Of a stretch of 64,000 nt of DNA, positions 1 to 12,800 are shown piece after piece; within the stretch, counting starts at the first letter, position 1; every line of letters starts with the position of its first letter. The stretch lies in contig JAGIQG010000006.1 in NCBI GenBank assembly GCA_024679065.1, forward strand, positions 8,246,001-8,310,000. Direction: 5' to 3'. The notes under the pieces were generated by a model that saw only the letters and a program-made list of their open reading frames with translations, searched no databases and had not been told where the DNA came from. Origin of the DNA: Sphyrna mokarran. Its lineage: Eukaryota. The translations under genes and the position numbers were made by a program.

Positions 1-772
1 CACTGGGATGTTTAATCACCTGCCCTCTGAACTGCCCCACTTATTTACTTACTCAGCATGACCATCGTCACAGAGCCAAGCAAAGCCTTATCAGTGGTTA
101 GATGAAGCTTTTTATACCCACGTTCATGTTTAATCAGCAAACATTTCTTAACAATTTAGGTCATTGGGGAAGAATTCTCTTGTCCCGCCCACCATGGGAG
201 TTATAGAGGGCAGGTGGGAGGGGAATCATGCAAAGATCCATTGACTTTGGGTGGGATTTTCCGGTTTTGGGGTGAGCGTGCCCGGAAAACCCACCCATTC
301 TTTGGATGCACCACAGCTACAGCCTGAATGGTCCTGGTGATCCCACTGATGATAGGTGGTGCATAGAGGCCACAGCTAATCCAATAACTGTTCACAAGAG
401 CTCTCTGTTGCCATAGGAGATCAAAGTCAGTTGGACGAGCAGACATTCACTTGCGCTGCTATAACCTCCAGGGCTATGGGCCAAGGACTGGAAAATGGGA
501 ATAGTATAATGTGGTTTCTGGTGAATGTTTTCTTCTGCCACAGGTCCTCAGCAGTTACTCCTGGGTTGAATTATATGGGGAGACATGAAGGAAGATGTAC
601 AATTGCTAGGTTGAGTAGGTCATTAAATAAGAGCAGGCTGGGGTTGGAGTAGACCTTTTCCAGTAGCTTGGATGTTGCAATTCCCCCTCCTGATGTGGGG
701 AACGAGGTGAGGAAATGTTGCTCAGACTAGGAGCCAGAGGAAACGAGTACATTGAAGAGTAACTGTGATGAT

Positions 773-990
773 GATTGGTTAGCTCAGTTGGCTGAGCTGG
801 TTTTGATGCAGGGCAACAGCAGGGATTCAATTCCCATACCAGCTGAGGTTATTCAAAAAGGCCCCGCTTTCTCGACCTTACCCCTCACCTGAGGTGTGAT
901 GATCCTCAGGTTAAATCACCACCAGTCAGCCCTCCCTCTCAAAGGGGAGAGCAGCCTCTGGTCATCTGGTGACTATAACAATGTTATTTT
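773..990 (+). mobile_element. tRNA-derived SINE (third family); a second copy lies at ~40745-40935 on the minus strand
   Basis: A-box TAGCTCAGTTGG and B-box-like GGATTCAATTCC; body (CTCAGGTTAAAT..CTCAAAGGGGA..AGCAGCCT) recurs inverted at ~40750-40850. Confidence 0.6.
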
Positions 991-1234
991 TACCTGTGAT
1001 GAAGTATATTGCTGAGTTGGTAAATTGGGTGTAGTATCAGGGCGTTCAAATGGTCAGTGGATAGACAAATGGATAGCATTGGAATAGTTTAGGTTAGAGG
1101 GTCATAAGAGTAGTTCCACTGGTCAGCGCAACATCGAGGGCCGAAGGGCCTGTACTGCGCTGTAATGTTCTATGTATCCTGTGGTCAAGTACATAATGGC
1201 AAGAGCAGGGGTCTTTAGGGTCGTTGACTCAGAA

Positions 1235-1970
1235 AGACGTGCAGCACTGAAATAGGCCCTTCGACCCTTCATCCATGCTGCCAGGTTTCCTAAACTGAAC
1301 TAGTCCCATTTGCCTGTGTTTGGCCCATATTCCTCTAAACATTTCCCCATCCATGTCCCTTTGCAAATATCTTTTAAATGTTGTAAGTGTACCCTCTTTA
1401 GCAGCTCATTCCATAAATGCAATACTCTCTATGGGGAAAAGCTTCCCTCTTGGGTCCCTTTTAAATCTTTCTCCTCTCTCAGCTTAAACCAATGCTCTCT
1501 AGTTTTGGATTCCTTTACCCTGGGGAAATGATCTCAGCTATTCACTTTTGCTGTGTCCCTCATGACTTTATAAACCTCTATAAGGTCACCCCCCATCCTC
1601 CTACACTCCAAAACAAAGTCCCAGTCTATCCAACCTCTCTTTATAATTCAAACCTTCCAGACCCGGTAACGTTCTTGTAAATCTTTCTTGCTCCCTTTCC
1701 AGTTTATTAACATGATATTAACATGATTAACATGCAGAGTGAGCAGAATTGTGAACAGTACTCCAAATCTGGCCTTACCAATGTCTGGTAGAATTGTGTA
1801 ACGTAACAAGGCAACTCCTGTACTCAGTACACTGACTGACGAAGGCAAGCTTGCTAAGCTCCTTCTTCACCACCCTGTCTACCTGTAATGTCACTTTCAA
1901 GGAACTAAGTACCTGCACTATTGGGTCTCTTTGTTCACAGAGGTTTTGGACCCTGATCCCCATTACGTAC
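1235..1970 (-). mobile_element. Degraded CR1 LINE 3' fragment
   Basis: Reverse complement of the CR1 RT C-terminal region (..RPxLEYC..) plus GAAGGGCC-type tail. Confidence 0.75.
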
Positions 1971-2473
1971 TGACAGTACACTGAGGAGATTATCACTGGT
2001 TTTAGTTATTTCTGCAGGATGAGGCGCTGTCTGCGCAAGAGCTTCCTGTCAAGGCTGACACTGAGATAAACAGAGGCCTTTCCCATTACCCTCTCACCAC
2101 TGTTTCTATTCATAACATCTGGTGATAAATAAGGGTTTTAATGATTCTTTCTATGATAATAATGTCCAAGAAAAAGGAACAAAATGCCCAGACAATTTTA
2201 AAATTGAATTATGTTTATTTTCTGGTCAGCAATATCCAAGGAGGCAAACTGTTAGTTCCTGGGAATTATATAAACAAGGAAATTTGTTACAGTAAGTCTA
2301 ACAAACATCAAAGTGCATTTAGATAGCACCTTTCATCTGGGACAACATCCCAAGGCACTTTGCCAGTGGGTTACCGAACACAGGTTGACATCAGGCTGCA
2401 TAAAGAGAGTATGAGGTCAGTTGCCCAAACTTTGGTCAAAGAGGCAGCTTTTTCCAAATGACTTAAAGGAAGC

Positions 2474-2631
2474 AGGGAGCAGGGAGGCAGGGAGGCACAG
2501 AGGCACAGAGGCAGGGAGGCACAGAGGCAGGGAGGCACAGAGGCAGGGAGGCACAGAGGTAGGGAGGCAGGGAGGCAGGGAGGCACAGAGGCACAGAGGC
2601 AGGGAGGCAGGGAGGCAGGGAGGCAGGGAGG
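2474..2631 (+). repeat. 8-bp tandem repeat (GGCAGGGA / GGCACAGA)n
   Basis: About 19 direct units visible. Confidence 0.95.
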
Positions 2632-2669
2632 TGTAGGAGAGAATTCCAGAACCCAAGATCTTGTCAACT

Positions 2670-3005
2670 CATAGAATCATAGAACCCGTATAGTGCAGAA
2701 GGAGGCTATTTGGCCCATCAAAGCTGCATTGGCAATAAATCCCAACAAATAGGATTATTGGCAATAATCCTACCCTGCCCCTATTCCTGTAGTCAGACAT
2801 TTAGCCCATTAATCCCCCCCAACATCCCGCTAACACTAAGGAGAAATTTAGCATGGCCAACCAACTTTATTTGGACTGTGGGAGGAAACTGGAGCACTCA
2901 ATGGAAACCCATGCAAACATGGGGAGAACATGTACAGACAGTGACTCAAGCTGGGAATTGGACCCGGGTCCCTGGTGCCATGAGACAGCAACATGGTGCC
3001 ACCGT
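2670..3005 (-). mobile_element. HE1-like V-SINE
   Basis: Reverse complement of tRNA-like head, V-domain (GGGTTTCC..TGCTCC.GTTTCCTCCCACA) and CR1-like tail. Confidence 0.8.
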
Positions 3006-3391
3006 GCTTTGCTCATGGTGAAGGAAAGCTCACGATTAAAATTGGTCAGAATTAGAGAAGGGCAGATATCTCAGAGGATTGTGGGGCTGGAGGAGATGAC
3101 AGGAATAGGGAGGGGGCTCGGCCACGGGGGAATGTGAAAACAAATCGGAGAATTTTAAAATCAAGGTGTAGTTCAACCGAGAGCCGGTGGCTCACTGATC
3201 TCAGGATATGGGAAGATACTCCTTATAACTGACCAATCGGATAAAGCTCTTAGTCACCTGACCCCTGTCCTCAATGTCCAGCTTTTTGTTTGATCTTCCT
3301 CCAGCGAAGCATCATGGGATGTTTAACGACATTGTGACTGTTTTATAAATACGGTCACTCAATGTTCACCATCGGTAAAGGCTGGAACTCC

Positions 3392-4925
3392 AGTCACAGA
3401 GTCACAGGGGTTTACAGCATGGAAACAGGCCCTTCAGCCCATTTTGTCCATGCTGCCCTTTTTTTAACCCCCTAAACTAATCCCAATTGCCCGCATTTGG
3501 CCCATATCCCTCTAAACTCATTGTACCCATGTAACTATCTAAATGCTTTTTAAAAGACAAAATTGTACCCGCCTCTACTACTATCTCTGGCAGTTTGTTC
3601 CAGACACTCACCATCTTCTGTGTGAAAAAATTGCCCCTCTGGTCCCTTCTGGTCTCACCTTAAACCTATGCCCTCTAGTTTTAGACTCCCCTACCTTTGG
3701 GAAAAGATATTAACTATCTACCTGATCTATGCTCCTCATTATTTTATAGACCTCTGTAAGATCACCCCTCAGCCTCCTATGCTCCAGAGGAAAAAGTCCC
3801 AAATTAACCAACTGCTTCTTATAACTTAATCCATCAAGTCCCGGTAGCATCCCGGTAAATCTTTTCTGTGCTCTTTCTAGTTTAATAATATCCTTTCTAT
3901 AATAGGATGACCAGTATTCCAAGTGTGGCCTTACTAATGTCTTGTACAACTTCAACAAGACGTCCCAATTTCTATATTCAATGTTCTGACCAATGAAACC
4001 AAGCATGCCGAATGCCTTCTTCATCATTCTGTCCACTGTGACTCCACTTTCAAGGAGCTATGAACCTGTACCCCTAGATCTCTTTGTTCTGTAACTCTCC
4101 CCAGTGCCCTACCATTAACTGAGTAAGTCCTGCCCTGGTTCAATCTACCAAAATGCATCACCTCGCATTTATCTAAATTAAACTCCATCTGCCATTCACC
4201 AGCCACTGGCTCAATTGACCAAGATCCCGTTGCAATCAGAGATAACTTTCTTCACTGTCCAATATGCCCGTAATCTTGCTGCCATCTGCAAACTTACTAA
4301 CCATGCCTCCTAAATTCGCATCCAAATCATTAATATAAATGATAAATTACAGTGGACCCAGCACTGATCCCTGAGATACATTGCTTGTCACAAGCCTCCA
4401 GTTTGAAAAACAACCCTTTACATCCATTCCCTGACTTCTGTCAAGAAGCTAATTTTTATCCATTTAGATACTTCACCCTGGATCCTGTGAAATTTAACCT
4501 TATGCAACAATCTACTATGTGGTACCTTATCACATGCCTTGATAAAGTCCACGTAGACAACATCAATTGCACTGCCCTTATCGACCTTCTTGGTTACCCC
4601 TTCAAAAAACTCAATCTAATTTGTGAGACATGGTTTTCCACTCACAAAGCCATGCTGACTGTCCCTAATCAGTCCTTGCTTCTCTTAATGCCTGTAGATC
4701 CTGCCTCTCAAAATACTTTCTAACAACTTACCCACCATAGATGTGGGGCTCACTGGCCTGTAATTCCCAGGCTTTTCCCTGCAGCCCTTTTTAAACAAAA
4801 GTACAACATTTGCCACCCTCCAATCTTCAGGCCCTTGACTATCAATGATTCAAATATCTCTGCTAGGGGACCTGCAATTTCCTCCCTAGCCTCCCACAAT
4901 GTCTTGGGATACACTTCATTGAGTC
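3392..4925 (-). mobile_element. CR1 LINE, 5'-truncated, RT region, decayed
   Basis: ORFs 3710-4036, 4024-4206 and 4750-5001 carry CR1 RT motifs (WQMEFNLDKC, RPHLEY, RLRGDL). Confidence 0.9.
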
Positions 4926-4934
4926 CCGATAATC

Positions 4935-5680
4935 TCTCCCTCATTACAAGCAAAACGGAAAAGAGATTGTCATCGAGTTCAGGAAGTGTAAAGGAGAACA
5001 TGCCCCTGTCTACACTAATGGGGACAAGGTTGAAAGATTCGAGAGCTTCAACCTTTTAGGTGTCCAAATCACCAACAACCTGTCCTGGTCCCCCCCATGC
5101 TGACACTATAGTTAAGAAAACCCACCAACGCCTCTACTTTCTTAGAAGACTGAGGAAATTTAGCATGTCAGCTATGACTCTCACCAACTTTTACAGATGC
5201 ACCATAGAAAGCATTCTTTCTGGTTGTATCACAGCTTGGTATGGGCTCCTGCTCTGCCCAAGATCGCAAGGAACTACAAAAGGTCGTGAATGTAGGCCAA
5301 TCCATCATGCAAACCAGCCTCCCATCCATTGACTCTGTCTACACTTCTCGCTGCCTCAGCAAAGCAGCTGGAATAATTAAGGACTCCATGCATCCCGGAC
5401 ATTCTCTCTTCCACCTTCTTCCTTCGGGAAAAAGATGCAGAAATCTGAGGTCACGGATGAAGCAACTCAAGAACTGCTTCTTCCCTGCCACTGTCAAACT
5501 TTTGAATGGACTTACCTTGCATTAAGTTGTTCTCTACACCCTAGCTATGACTGTAACACAACATTCTGCGTTCTCTCCTTTCCTTCTCTATGAACAGTAT
5601 GATTTGTCTGTGTAGCATGGAAGAAACAACACTTTTCACTGTATACTAATACAAGTGACAATAATAAATCAAATCAAAAC
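4935..5680 (+). mobile_element. Rex1/Babar-type LINE 3' fragment; further copies at ~19785-20144 (+), ~50740-51075 (-) and ~60195-60240 (-)
   Basis: HQRLYFLRRLRKF..FYRCTIESILSGCITAWYG..LLPSGKR motifs and an (AAATC)n tail. Confidence 0.8.
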
Positions 5681-6309
5681 AAAATTCAGTTATCGAGTCT
5701 GGAATTAGCCTCATTGTTGTTAACAGTAAAACTAACATCACTGGTTGTTAAAAACCCACCTAGTTCATTAATGTTCTTTTAGAGAAGGAAATCTGCTGTC
5801 CTTAGCCGGTCTGGCCTACATGTTACTCCAGAGAAACAGCAATGAAGGATGGGCAACAAATGCTGGTGTTATCAGTGATGGTGCATCCTATGAATGAATA
5901 AAGCAAGGGAGACTTAAGAGAGGAAAATCCAGAGTTTAGAGACAGTCAGCTGGAGACGCAGACACTAATGTTAAAGCAAAGGCAGTGGGAGGTTATATTT
6001 AACAGGCTACAGGAATAAGGGGCAGAATTGGACACTCTCCCAGAATTTCCCACAGGAACCTGGCTCCCAAACCCAAACCCAATCCCACAGTCTGCAGGCA
6101 GGGCCTCAGGATGGGAGACCTGATCATTCACCCATTAAGCTTCACGGGAATGACCTCCCAACATTTGTCCAAGGAGCTCCTCAACACAACACAGTCACTG
6201 ACCAAACTATTCCCCACTCCAGGGATTTCTGCACCAATCACTGTGGCCTATAGCCCTCAGCCATCCTTAACTTTAATTAGGCCTTAGCTGTGGGCCCGAC
6301 TTGGCAAGT

Positions 6310-9300
6310 CCCCATGTGTTTTAATGCGAGGAGTGTGACTGGCAAAACAGATGAACTGAAGGCAATAATGTTCGAGAGGAAGTTAAAAGTGGTGGCGGTG
6401 ACTGAGACGTGGCTAAAGGAAGGGCAGGACTGGCAATTGAATATTCCGGGGTATAAGTGCTTTAGGCATGATAGAGGTGGTTTGAGGAGAGGAGGGGGAG
6501 TGGCGTTATTAGTTAAGGATCACATCATAGCAGTGCAGAAGGAAGGTAGTGTGGCTGAGTTTGGAATTGAGTCGCTATGGGTGGAGTTGAGGAATAGGAA
6601 GGGAGAGGTTACTATGTTGGGTGTGTACTACAGACCGCCCAAAAGTCCACGTGCCATGGAAGAAGGGATATGTAAGGAAATTTTAGATAAGTGTAGGAAG
6701 AATAGGGTAGTTGTAATGGGAGATTTCAATTTCCCTGGGGTAGATCGGAAGGTGCCAAGAGTGGAAGGTGCGGACGGGGAGGAATTTGTACAGTGTGTTT
6801 TAGAAGGGTCCTTGGAGCAGTATGTGGATAGCCCGACTAGAGAGGGGGCTATACTGGATCTGGTTCTGGGGAATGAGCCAGGGCAGGTGGTTGACGTTGT
6901 AGTAGGACAGCATGTGTCTAATAGTGACCACAACTCTGTCTGCTTTAGGGTATTAATGGAAAAAGATGAAGCCTGCCCTAAGGGGAGGGTGTTAAACTTG
7001 GGGGGAGGGCTAGATATAGCCAGATTAGGCAGGATCTTAAGGATACCGACTGGGATAAGCTGTTCGAGGGTAGGTCGACGCTGCACATGTGGGAATCTTT
7101 CAAGAGAAAACTAAAATTTTTGCAGGATAGACACGCGCCGGTAAGGAGGAAGGATGGGAAGGGTAGGATTAGAGAACCGTGAGTTACTAGGGATGTTGAG
7201 GACTTGGTCAAGAAGAAGCAGGAGGCGTAGGTTAGATCCAGGCAATTGGGGACAGAGGCAGCGCTGGAAAAATATAGAGAGTGTAGACGGGATCTTAAAA
7301 GGGGTGTCAGAAAAGCAAAAAGGGGCCACAAAATGGCTTTGGCAGGTAGGATTAAGGAAAATCCTAAGGCATTTTACTCCTATGTAAGGAGCAAAAGGAT
7401 GGTTAGAGGGAAGATTGGACCTCTCAGGGACAGAGGAGGGGATCTATGCTTAGAGCCTGAGGGGATGGGGGAGATCCTGAATGAATACTTTGTGTCAGTA
7501 TTCACGCGAGAGAGGGGCCTGATGTCTGATGCTGGCTTTGAGGATTTTGAGGACCCGTTAAAGGAAATAATCATTACAAGGGACGAAGTGTTGGGGCTTT
7601 TAGGCAACATAAAGACTTATAAAGCTCCGGGGCCTGCTAAGGGAGGTGAGAGATGACATTGCTGGGCCTCTGACGCAAATCTTTGTCTCTTCTTTGGACA
7701 CAGGTGAGGTCCCAGAGGACTGGAGGATTGCAAATGTAGTACCGTCGTTTAAAAAAGGGTCAAAGGGATAACCCAGGGAACTATAGGCCGGTGAGCTTGA
7801 CTTCAGTTATAGGTAAGCTAATGGAGAGGATCCTCAGGGACAGGATGTATGAGCATCTGGAGCGCTGAGATCTGATCAGGGATACGCAGCATGGCTTCGT
7901 TAAGGGGAGGTCGTGCCTTACGAACCTAGTGGAATTTTTTGAAGAGGTGACAAAAACGGTTGATGAAGGACAAGCCGTTGATGTCGTCTACATGGATTTC
8001 AGTAAGGCATCTGACAAGGTTCCCCATGGTAGGCTGATAAAAAAGGTGAAGGCGCATGGGATACAGGGCCAGGTATGTAGATGGGTTGAGAACTGGCTTG
8101 GGAGGAGAAGACAGCGGGTAGTAGTGGAAGGCTCCTTTTCCAACTGGAGGTCAGTCACTAGTGGTGTGCCACAGGGCTCAGTACTAGGACTTCTTCTATT
8201 TGTGGTTTATATAAATGACTTGGAAGAGGGGGTAGGTGGTGTGATCAGCAAATTTGCTGATGACACTAAGATGCTTGGATTGGCGGGGACTGAGGAGCAG
8301 TGACAGGCAATACAACAGGACATAGACAGGCTGGTAGACTGGGCAGATAGATGGCAAATGGAATTTAATCCGGATAAATGCGAGGTGATGCATTTTGGCC
8401 AGAATAATGTAGAGGGGAGTTATAGGATAAAAAGTAAAACTATCCGGAGTATAGAGACGCAGAGAGACCTGGGGGTGCAGGTTCACAAGTTTCTGAAGGT
8501 GTCAGTACAGGTGGAGAATGTGATAAAGAAAGCGTATGGTATGTTAGCCTTCATAGGAAGGGGTATAGAATACAAGAGTAGGAGTCTGATGTTGCAGGTG
8601 TATAGAACGTTGGTTAGGCCTCACTTGGAGTACTGCGTCCAGTTCTGGTCGCTGTACTACAGGGAGGATGTGGAGGCCCTGGAGACAGTGCAGAGGAGAT
8701 TTACCAGGATGCTGCCTGGTATGGAAGGGCTGTCTTACGAGGAAAGGTTGAACGCACTGGGGTTGTTTTCCGTTGAAAGACGTCGGCTGAGAGGGGATCT
8801 ATTAGAGGTATATAAGATTATGAGGGCTATAGATAGAGTAAATGGTGGTAAGCTTTTTCCACCATTAGATTCGGATAGAACGAGGGGTCACGGCCTTAGG
8901 GTGAGGGGGGCTAGGTATAAGACTAATATTAGAGGGCATTTTTTCACACAAAGGGTAGTGGGGGTGTGGAATGCACTACCGAGTAAGGTGGTGGGAGCAG
9001 GCACGCTAGGGTTGTTTAAGGGTCTCTTGGACAGCCACATGAGCAGTCTGCAGATAGAGGGATATAGTAGGACTGTCTAAATATCTTATTTGTTTCCACA
9101 GGCTATTCGGTCCACCTTGTTGACCAACAAGGCGCATGCATTCGGCAGGTCGTGCGAGGGCTGCTCTTGGATGTTACTTCAGGAGTGGCCTAGTGCTTCA
9201 TGTCGGTAGTGTATGCTTAAACTGGACCATCAGATGGGCAACATGACAGCTCAGAGACTATCGCTGTTGCTGTGCAGACACATGGATTTGGGCCTGTGTC

Positions 9301-9512
9301 TGCGGGAGTTTGCGCGTTCTCCCCGTGGTCGCATGGGTTTTCTCCGGGTGCTCCGGTTTCCTCCCACATCCCAAAAATGTGCTCTTAAGCTGATTGGGTA
9401 ACAAATTGTCCCTATATTGGTCTCTATATGTCATTAAGACGTTAGGATGGCGGCGCGGGCTCGTTGGGCCGAAGGGCCTGTTTCCCGTGCTGTGTTGTTC
9501 TTTGTTCTTTGT
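6310..9512 (+). mobile_element. Young CR1 LINE ORF2 (APE endonuclease + RT, frameshifted) with extended 3' module (structured domain + captured V-SINE) and (GTTCTTT)n tail
   Basis: ORFs 6290-7114 (NARS..VTETW..GDFN..SDH), 7246-7656, 7929-8303 (GVPQGS..FADD) and 8358-9080; module at 9090-9512. Confidence 0.93.
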
Positions 9513-9869
9513 TTGCTTTCCCATCAGCCTCAGAAACTTACCCAATCAAGCCCTCTGATTGGTCAGGCAGCTTCAGGACTCCACCCACCACCCCTGATTG
9601 GACAGTGGGCCAATTAGGAGGCTGTCCCCTGGTAAACTCACCGAGCTCAGGACCCTCCGGGGAACCTTTCGAGCTGAAATCCAAGCGTCGAATTCCTTGT
9701 CAAATTCCATCCATTATCTCTCTGTCTCTGCAGACACTGCCTTATTAGCTGCATACTCCCACCATTTTCAGTTCTTATTTCAGATTTCACGCATTATTTT
9801 GCTTCTCTAAATAACGTTTCAAATACAATGAAAGGCATTGTTCTTTTTTCCCTTTTGTTTCTTAGTAAA

Positions 9870-12800
9870 GGAAGTTAGCACGGATGGCAGAGCAGGCAGT
9901 GCAATATTTCTCTTGTGGGATGTTTGAAGTGAAGTACACCACTGGTGTCCCAGCTGTGTCCAGCTGCAGGAAGTGCTCCCAATTCCAGCTCCTTGGAGTC
10001 CGCGTTAGGGAACTGGAGCTGGAACTGATGAACTCAGGATCATTCGGGAGACAGAGACAGTTATAGATAAAAGCTACAGGGAGGTGGTTACTCCTAGAAA
10101 TGAGGATACTTGGGTGAGTGTTAGAAGGAGAAGTCAGTGCAGCGATCCTCTGTGGCCATTCCTCTGTCTAACAAGTATACCGTTTTGGGGAGGATGATTC
10201 ATCAGCGGTAATCCATGGGGTCGAGGTCTCTGGCACAGAGTCTGCCCCTGTTGCTCAGGAGGAAAGCGGAGGGGAGAGGAATAGAGCATTGCAGATTCTG
10301 TAGTTAGGGGAAAAGAAAGAAGATTCTGTGGGAATGAGAGAGTCTCACGGTTGGTGTGTTGCCTCCCTGGTGTCGGGGTCCGTGATGTCTCAGATCATGT
10401 TTTCGGTATCCTTAAGGGGGAGGGGGACAAGCCCCAAACCGTGATCCACATAGGCACCAACGACATTTAGGAAAAGGGATGGGGATGTAAGGCAGAAATT
10501 CAGGGAGTTAGGATGGAATCTTAGATCTAGAACAGAATTGTTATCTCTGGTTTACTACACATGCCACGTGCTAGCAAGGAGAGGAATAGAGAGAGAGAGC
10601 AGTTGAACATGTGGCTACAGGGATGGTGCAGGAGGGAGGGATTCAGATACCTGGATAATTGGGAGCATTCTGGGGTAGGTGAGACTTCTACAAACAGGAT
10701 GGTCTACACCTGAACCAGAAGGGTACCAATATCCTGGGGGGAAATTTGCTAATGCCTTTCGGGAGAGGGATGGAAATCTGGATTGTTGCTCCAGTGTATT
10801 GGAGATTGAGAGTAGTGAGGTCATAAATAAGGTTTCAAGGTCGGAGAAGTGTACTAGCAGGCTAGAAGGTGGTTTGACATGTATCTACGTCAATGCCAGG
10901 AGCATCTGGAATAAGTTAGGTGAACTTGAAGCATGAATGTTGTGGCCATTCCAGAGACATGGATAAGGCAGGAACAGGAATGGTTATTGCAGGTTCTGGG
11001 GTTTAGATGTTTCAGTAAGATCGGGGAAGGTGGTAAAAGAGGGGGAGGTGTAGCACTGTTAGTTGAGGACAGTATTACAGTGGCAGAAAGAATGTTTGAT
11101 GAGGTCTCATCTACTGAGGTAGGATGGGCTGAGGTTAGAAACAGGAAAGGAGAGGTCACCCTGTTGGGAGTTTTTTATAGGCCTCCAAAAGGTTCCAGAG
11201 ATGTAGAGGAAAGGATTGCAAAAGTGTTTCTAGGTAGGAACAAAAGTAATAGGGTAATAGTTATGGAGTCTCTAACTTTGCAAATATTGACTGAAAAGGG
11301 ATCAGTTTTTGTCCAATGTGTGGAGGAGGATTTCCTGACACAGTATGTAGATAAGCCAACAAGAGGCAAGGCCACATTGGATTTGGTACTGGGTAATGAA
11401 CCAGGCCAGGTGTTAGATTTGGAGGTGGATGATCACTTTGGTGATAGTGACCACAATTCGGTTACGTTTACTTCAGCAATGGAAAGAGATATGTACATAT
11501 CGCAGAGTTAGATTTATAGCTGGAGGAAAGGAAACTATAATGTAATTAAGCAATATTTAGGATGCATAGGATGTGGAAGGGAACTGCAGGAGATGAATTG
11601 AATTGTGGAGCTTATGTGAGGAACATCTACTGCTACTTGGTAAATATGTACCTGTCAGAAGGGAGGAAATGGTCGAGCGAGGAAACCGTGGTTTATTAAA
11701 GAAGTTGAAGAGAAAGAAGGAGAGTTATGTCAAGATGAAACATGAAGGCTCATTTAAGGGTGCTTGAGAGTTACAAATTAGCCAGAAAGGACCTAAAGAG
11801 AGAGCTAAGAAAAGCCAGGAGAGGACATGAGAAGTCTTTGACAGGCAGGATCAAGGAAAACTCTAAAGCTTTCTGTTGGTATGTCAGGAATAAAAGAATG
11901 ACTAGCGTAAGATTAGGCCAATCAAGGAAGTAGTGGGAAATTGTGCATAGAGTCTGAAAAGATAGGAGAGGTGCTAAATGAATATTTACACAGGAAAAAG
12001 ACAATGTTGTCGAGGAGAATGCTGAGATACAGGCTATTAAACTAGATAGGATTGAGGTACATAAAGAGGAGGTGTTAGCAATTCTGGAAAGTATGAAAAT
12101 AAATAAATCCCCTGGGCTGGATGAGATTTATCCTAGGATTCTCTGGGAGGCTAGGGAAGAGATTGTAGAGCCTTTGGCTTTGATCTTTGTATCGTTATTG
12201 TCCATAGGAATAGTGCCAGAAGACTGGAGGATAGCAAATGTTGTCTCCTTGTTCAAGAAGGGGAGTAAAGACAATCCTGGTAATTATAGAGCAGTGAGTC
12301 TTACTTCTGTTGTGGACAAAGTTTTGGAAAGGACTATAAGAAATAGGATTTATAATAATCTAGAAAGGAATAATTTGAATAGGGATAGTCAACACGATTT
12401 TGTTAAGGATAGGTCGTGCCTCACAAACTTTATTGAGTTCTTTGAGAAGGTGCCCAAAGAGGTGGATAAGGATAAAGCAGTTTGTGTGGTGTATATGGAT
12501 TTCAGTAAACTGTTTGATAGGTTCCCCACAGGAAGGTATTGCAGAAGATATGGAGGAATGGGATTGAGAGTGATTTAGTGATTTGGATCAGAAATTGGCT
12601 AGCTATAAGAAGACAGAGGGTGGTGGTTGATGGGAAATGTTCATCCTGGAGTTCAGTTATTACTGGTGTATCGCAAGGATCTGTTTTGTGTTTGTCATTT
12701 TCATAAATGACCTGGAAGAGGATGTAGAAGGATGGGTTAGTAAATTTGCAGAATACACTAAACTCGGCAGAGTTGTGGACAGTGTGGAAGGATGTTGCAA

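Noticed and set aside
2371-2667. Pro/Cys/Leu-rich and Arg/Gly-rich ORFs
   Set aside because: Translations of an 8-bp tandem repeat
9100-9235. Known ribozyme or HCV-type IRES in the CR1 module
   Set aside because: No hammerhead core, HDV-like nested pseudoknot or type IV IRES signature could be identified by eye; left as an unassigned structure
9213-9401. Recurrent 62-aa ORF (MLKLDHQMGN..), also at 61165 and 13232, as a possible third LINE ORF
   Set aside because: It runs through SINE-derived sequence, is frameshifted in the 13232 copy and lacks the ATG in the 29441 copy; similarity reflects recent copying
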